From: Candidatus Moraniibacteriota bacterium
Lineage (GTDB): Bacteria; Patescibacteriota; Minisyncoccia; Moranbacterales; UBA11712
Assembly: GCA_028716005.1 (NCBI GenBank)
Contig: JAQUQQ010000001.1
Span: 1 to 61,799, forward strand
Direction: 5' to 3'
DNA: 61,799 nucleotides
Positions 59,074 through 61,799 of this stretch are shown here, in pieces. Position 1 is the stretch's first letter; each line of letters opens with the position of its first letter. The position numbers were made by a program, and so were the translations under genes. The notes beneath the pieces were generated by a model, which was not told the origin of the DNA, did not search any database, and was given only the letters and a program-made list of their open reading frames with translations.

Positions 59074-60369
59074 TTACTCATCTTTTGCGCAGCGAAAGCC
59101 AACATCAACGTCCTTATAATCCTTTTGGTAGCCAATTCTTGAGGCGGGACGCTGGTCGCTTTGCCCGTCGGTATATGCTCCGCCTTTTATGACTTTGAAA
59201 CCTTTTCCGAAATCTTGCTGAATGAATTTGTCGTTTCCCGAATAAGCATTGAAATCATCAGCCACCCATTCATATACATTGCCGGCAATATTGAGAATCC
59301 CGTAGGGACTCACGCCAATTTCAGCGCCGACCGGGGCGGTGTATTTCCAGCCGTCGCTTTCGTCAAAGCCGTATTCACTGCCGTTTCCGTGATTGTCCAA
59401 CGTTTCATTCCAGATATTCCCCCAAGGCCAAATTCTGCCGTCTGTTCCGCGAGCGGCCTTTTCCCATTCGGCCTCTGCTGGCAATCTTTTTCCGAGCCAT
59501 TGGCAATAGCCGTTGGCATCGTTCCAATCAACTCCGACAATTGGCTGATTCGGCGAATTGAGGTTTCGATCATTCCAAAGAGCCGGGGCGCTATGATTTG
59601 TCGCGCTGACAAACATTTTATAATCACCGTTCGATACTTCTTTTTTATCGATATAAAAATTTCCAAGCATAATCTTTCGCTGGGGATATTCCGAAAGATA
59701 ATCTTCTTTGCCATAACCGCCGTCGTTTTTTTGCCAGGCTTCGATGGCTTCTTTCTCGGTGCTTCCCATGACAAATTCTCCGGCTGGAATCAGCACCATA
59801 TCATTTTGAGGCTTTGGGCCGGAGTTTTCTGCTTCATCGGCTAAGCTTGATTTTGTGGCCACACCGGCATCTTTGTTTTTGTCATTGAGAACAACCACGC
59901 TGAAAATAATGAGCAGAAATATCGAAGAAAAAATAACCAGTTTTTCTTTGCTGGATAATTTTTTTCTCCACCATTGAGATTTTTCGTATGCGTCTTCGCC
60001 TTTTTCTTCTTCAGACGGATCTTTTTCAGTTGCCCGTGCTCTTGAAAAGGATGGCTCCAGGGTTGTTCCACTTTCGTTTTTCGAAACCGCGCCTTTTATC
60101 GAATAAATGTTATTTTTATAGGCAATCACATGGCGACCCACGATGGAATTTATTTTATAGCGATATTGCCGAACATGATTTTCAGTATAATTTTTGGATC
60201 CTGCAGGGTCGAAGTAGTCATTGATATCAGTTAGGGTAGCGTTTTTTTTGCCGCACAAAAAAGCCAGCAAGCGGTAGGCGTTGCCTGTCAGAATGAGCTC
60301 CTTGCCGTTTTCGTCAAAGACCTTTTTGCCTTCGTTATCGAGCTTGAAATACGGATGTTTATATATCAT
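59074..60369 (-). CDS. membrane-spanning protein: N-terminal OmpR/CadC-type winged-helix domain, one TM, C-terminal FGE/SUMF1-type domain
   Basis: 431 aa. N-terminal ..LILTGNAYRLLAFLCGKKNATLTDINDYF..VRQYRYKINSIVG..IYSIKG (wHTH-like). TM segment LVIFSSIFLLIIFSVVVL. C-terminal MVLIPAGEFVMGS, VDWNDANGYCQWLGKRLPAEAEWEKAARG, GNVYEWVADDF, VGFRCAKD. Confidence 0.7.
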   Translation of the reverse strand: MIYKHPYFKLDNEGKKVFDENGKELILTGNAYRLLAFLCGKKNATLTDINDYFDPAGSKNYTENHVRQYRYKINSIVGRHVIAYKNNIYSIKGAVSKNESGTTLEPSFSRARATEKDPSEEEKGEDAYEKSQWWRKKLSSKEKLVIFSSIFLLIIFSVVVLNDKNKDAGVATKSSLADEAENSGPKPQNDMVLIPAGEFVMGSTEKEAIEAWQKNDGGYGKEDYLSEYPQRKIMLGNFYIDKKEVSNGDYKMFVSATNHSAPALWNDRNLNSPNQPIVGVDWNDANGYCQWLGKRLPAEAEWEKAARGTDGRIWPWGNIWNETLDNHGNGSEYGFDESDGWKYTAPVGAEIGVSPYGILNIAGNVYEWVADDFNAYSGNDKFIQQDFGKGFKVIKGGAYTDGQSDQRPASRIGYQKDYKDVDVGFRCAKDE

Positions 60370-60501
60370 TTTATAATCAAAAAACAGCTCAAAAATGGCT
60401 GCTGAAAAATAAAATTTTTGTTGTATGGTTCAGCCCAAGCATGGCTTTAGGCCTTAAGTATAAATTTTCCTGTCCGAGTCTCGATCATTTTGGCAGATTA
60501 T

Positions 60502-61068
60502 TTATGGATTGCCCCGGATAAAGCTTCCCAGTTCTTCTTCTTCAGACTCTCTTTCCTTTTCCTGGAGATCGACAATCACATTTTTCACATAGTTTGGGTT
60601 GGGGATCTGAAAAAAAGTGAAATTGTCTATTTCGCCGGCCGTTTGGACGCAGATGTTCCCATAGTTGAAAAGGGTTGGAATGACGCCGACTATTTCAGAA
60701 GAAACATCCTGAATCTTGGTGAGCTTCAACTCCGAAATTTTTCGAATGAAGAATCCCCGCTGCTCGATGTTTATAATCCGCTCATTGGTGACAATCCAGG
60801 CATCGAGATAGAAATCCAGCCATAAAATGAAAAAGAAATTCCAGATGAAAAGAGTCGCCAGACTTTCGCCAAAGAGCAGGAGATTATAAAAAGCGCTTTC
60901 TTTGAAATTGGAATTGACTGTGCTGAAGAAAACATAAATTGTCACGAGCGCGACAATGGCAATCAGGATAAAAAGAATTCTCATGAAAAAAATGAACCAG
61001 TGGCGGCGGAGGAACAAGATTATTTTTTCATTTTCATGCTGACCGGGAAATTTTATTTCTTCGAACAT
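60502..61068 (-). CDS. membrane-flanked bacterial PH (YdbS/YdbT-like) domain protein
   Basis: 188 aa. Two TM segments, then ..DAWIVTNERIINIEQRGFFIRKISELKLTKIQDVS... Confidence 0.55.
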   Translation of the reverse strand: MFEEIKFPGQHENEKIILFLRRHWFIFFMRILFILIAIVALVTIYVFFSTVNSNFKESAFYNLLLFGESLATLFIWNFFFILWLDFYLDAWIVTNERIINIEQRGFFIRKISELKLTKIQDVSSEIVGVIPTLFNYGNICVQTAGEIDNFTFFQIPNPNYVKNVIVDLQEKERESEEEELGSFIRGNP

Positions 61069-61104
61069 TTTGTGAATTTTAATATTTTCAAAAGCGTAAT
61101 AGAA

Positions 61105-61323
61105 TCAGAATCCCGCGCCGGAGAAAATATCGTTCCAGCTGACGGATTGGAATAAAGAATAATTTGAAACAAGGAGCAAAATGCTCCCGGCGATATAGAT
61201 GGAAAACATGATTATGGCCACGCGACGGTTTATTTTGTAATAAAGCATGTGAAAAACAATCGCCGCGCCGATGACCAGGTAAATGAAGATGATTATTGAA
61301 TAAAAAAGAGAAACTAGCGACAT
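61105..61323 (-). CDS. small two-TM membrane protein, hypothetical
   Basis: 72 aa, two hydrophobic segments, tightly spaced after ruvB. Confidence 0.4.
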   Translation of the reverse strand: MSLVSLFYSIIIFIYLVIGAAIVFHMLYYKINRRVAIIMFSIYIAGSILLLVSNYSLFQSVSWNDIFSGAGF

Positions 61324-61332
61324 ATTTTCAAT

Positions 61333-61799
61333 TTAGAACAAATTGTCTTGATTTTCTTTATTATACTTCATTCCCAAATGTTTGTAAGCCTGCTCCGTGG
61401 CGACCCTTCCGCGGGGCGTGCGGGCGAGAAAACCGATCTGAAGAAGAAAGGGTTCATAAACGTCTTCGATTGTTTCAATTTCTTCCATGGTGGCGGCAGC
61501 CAGAGTCTGGATTCCAACCGGTCCGCCGGCAAATTTTTCGATAATAGTTTTGAGAATATGACGATCGGTCGGTTCGAGTCCCAGTTCGTCAATTTCAAGA
61601 TTTTTGAGGGCCTGGCGGGTCAAATTTTCGGTTATTTCTCTCTCGTTTTCCACTTGAGTGAAATCACGGACTCGCTTCAAAAGCCGGTTGGCGACGCGGG
61701 GGGTCCGGCGGCTGGAGCGGGAAATTGATTTCGCGCCGGCGCTGTCGATGGGTATCTCAAGAATTCGCGAGGAGCGGTGAAGTATTTTTTCAATATCTT
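61333..61799 (-). CDS. ruvB: Holliday junction helicase RuvB, C-terminal part (5' end outside window)
   Basis: The frame stays open to the window edge. ..LGLEPTDRHILKTIIEKFAGGPVGIQTLAAATMEEIETIEDVYEPFLLQIGFLARTPRGRVATEQAYKHLG... Confidence 0.85.
   Translation of the reverse strand, partial: DIEKILHRSSRILEIPIDSAGAKSISRSSRRTPRVANRLLKRVRDFTQVENEREITENLTRQALKNLEIDELGLEPTDRHILKTIIEKFAGGPVGIQTLAAATMEEIETIEDVYEPFLLQIGFLARTPRGRVATEQAYKHLGMKYNKENQDNLF

Noticed and set aside
1-61799. Search for tRNA, rRNA, tmRNA or RNase P RNA genes in intergenic regions longer than 100 nt (196-309, 3589-3811, 4949-5087, 25932-26093, 29395-29676, 55254-55366, 60370-60501).
   Set aside because: None of these stretches shows a cloverleaf-compatible acceptor/T-arm pattern (no GTTCRANYC box) or conserved rRNA blocks. 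They are better explained as promoters, the origin or hairpin repeats. A dedicated scan (tRNAscan/Infernal) would be needed to exclude small ncRNAs.

Overview
61.8-kb window from a small-gene, tightly packed bacterial chromosome. The gene families present (VirB2-like pilins, ORF6N, lamin-tail-domain proteins) and the near absence of Shine-Dalgarno sequences suggest Candidate Phyla Radiation/Patescibacteria; that is inference only. TGA is used as a stop, so the standard bacterial code applies. The window spans the replication origin: rpmH-rnpA-yidC-jag on the minus strand, dnaA-dnaN-dciA-like on the plus strand, with DnaA-box clusters on both sides of dnaA.

Layout:
- 0-3.6 kb: rsmA, a lycopene-cyclase-like gene pair, and a UbiA-type prenyltransferase.
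- 3.7-19.2 kb: one plus-strand T4SS-like cluster. It holds secreted and Ca-repeat proteins, a VirB6-like polytopic protein, a PrgI/VirB3-like protein, a VirB4 ATPase, two VirB2-like pilins (one fused to a lytic transglycosylase) and a 1007-aa Cys-rich surface protein.
- 21-26 kb: envelope glycan genes (two O-antigen-ligase-like, one GT2, one flippase).
- 31-33.5 kb: PBP1A.
- 33.5-39.5 kb: a minus-strand operon with three ATP-grasp ligases, a 7TM protein, a retropepsin-like domain, a YdjC deacetylase and a DUF1704/MATCAP-like metallocarboxypeptidase.
- 39.5-42.8 kb: ruvC, yebC and riboflavin genes.
- 42.8-56.4 kb: the most unusual locus. Eight tandem paralogs each carry a divergent N-terminal domain and a C-terminal PEP-utilizer swivel phosphohistidine domain. 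There is also a truncated ninth copy, an embedded histidine phosphatase and metallophosphoesterase, and one stand-alone PPDK_N-type ATP-grasp domain gene.
- 56.4-61.8 kb: ORF6N, an LTD/PKD surface protein, a wHTH-TM-FGE fusion, and the ruvB 3' part.

A roughly 105-bp palindromic element with termini ACTCGCGAAT...ATTCGCGAGT and arms built of 10-12-bp-phased CGAAT units occurs at 8 loci. One copy encloses a GxxExxY nuclease-like coding segment, and several are read as coding sequence.

All calls come from reading the translations and sequence by eye. No searches were run, and start codons are approximate where stated.
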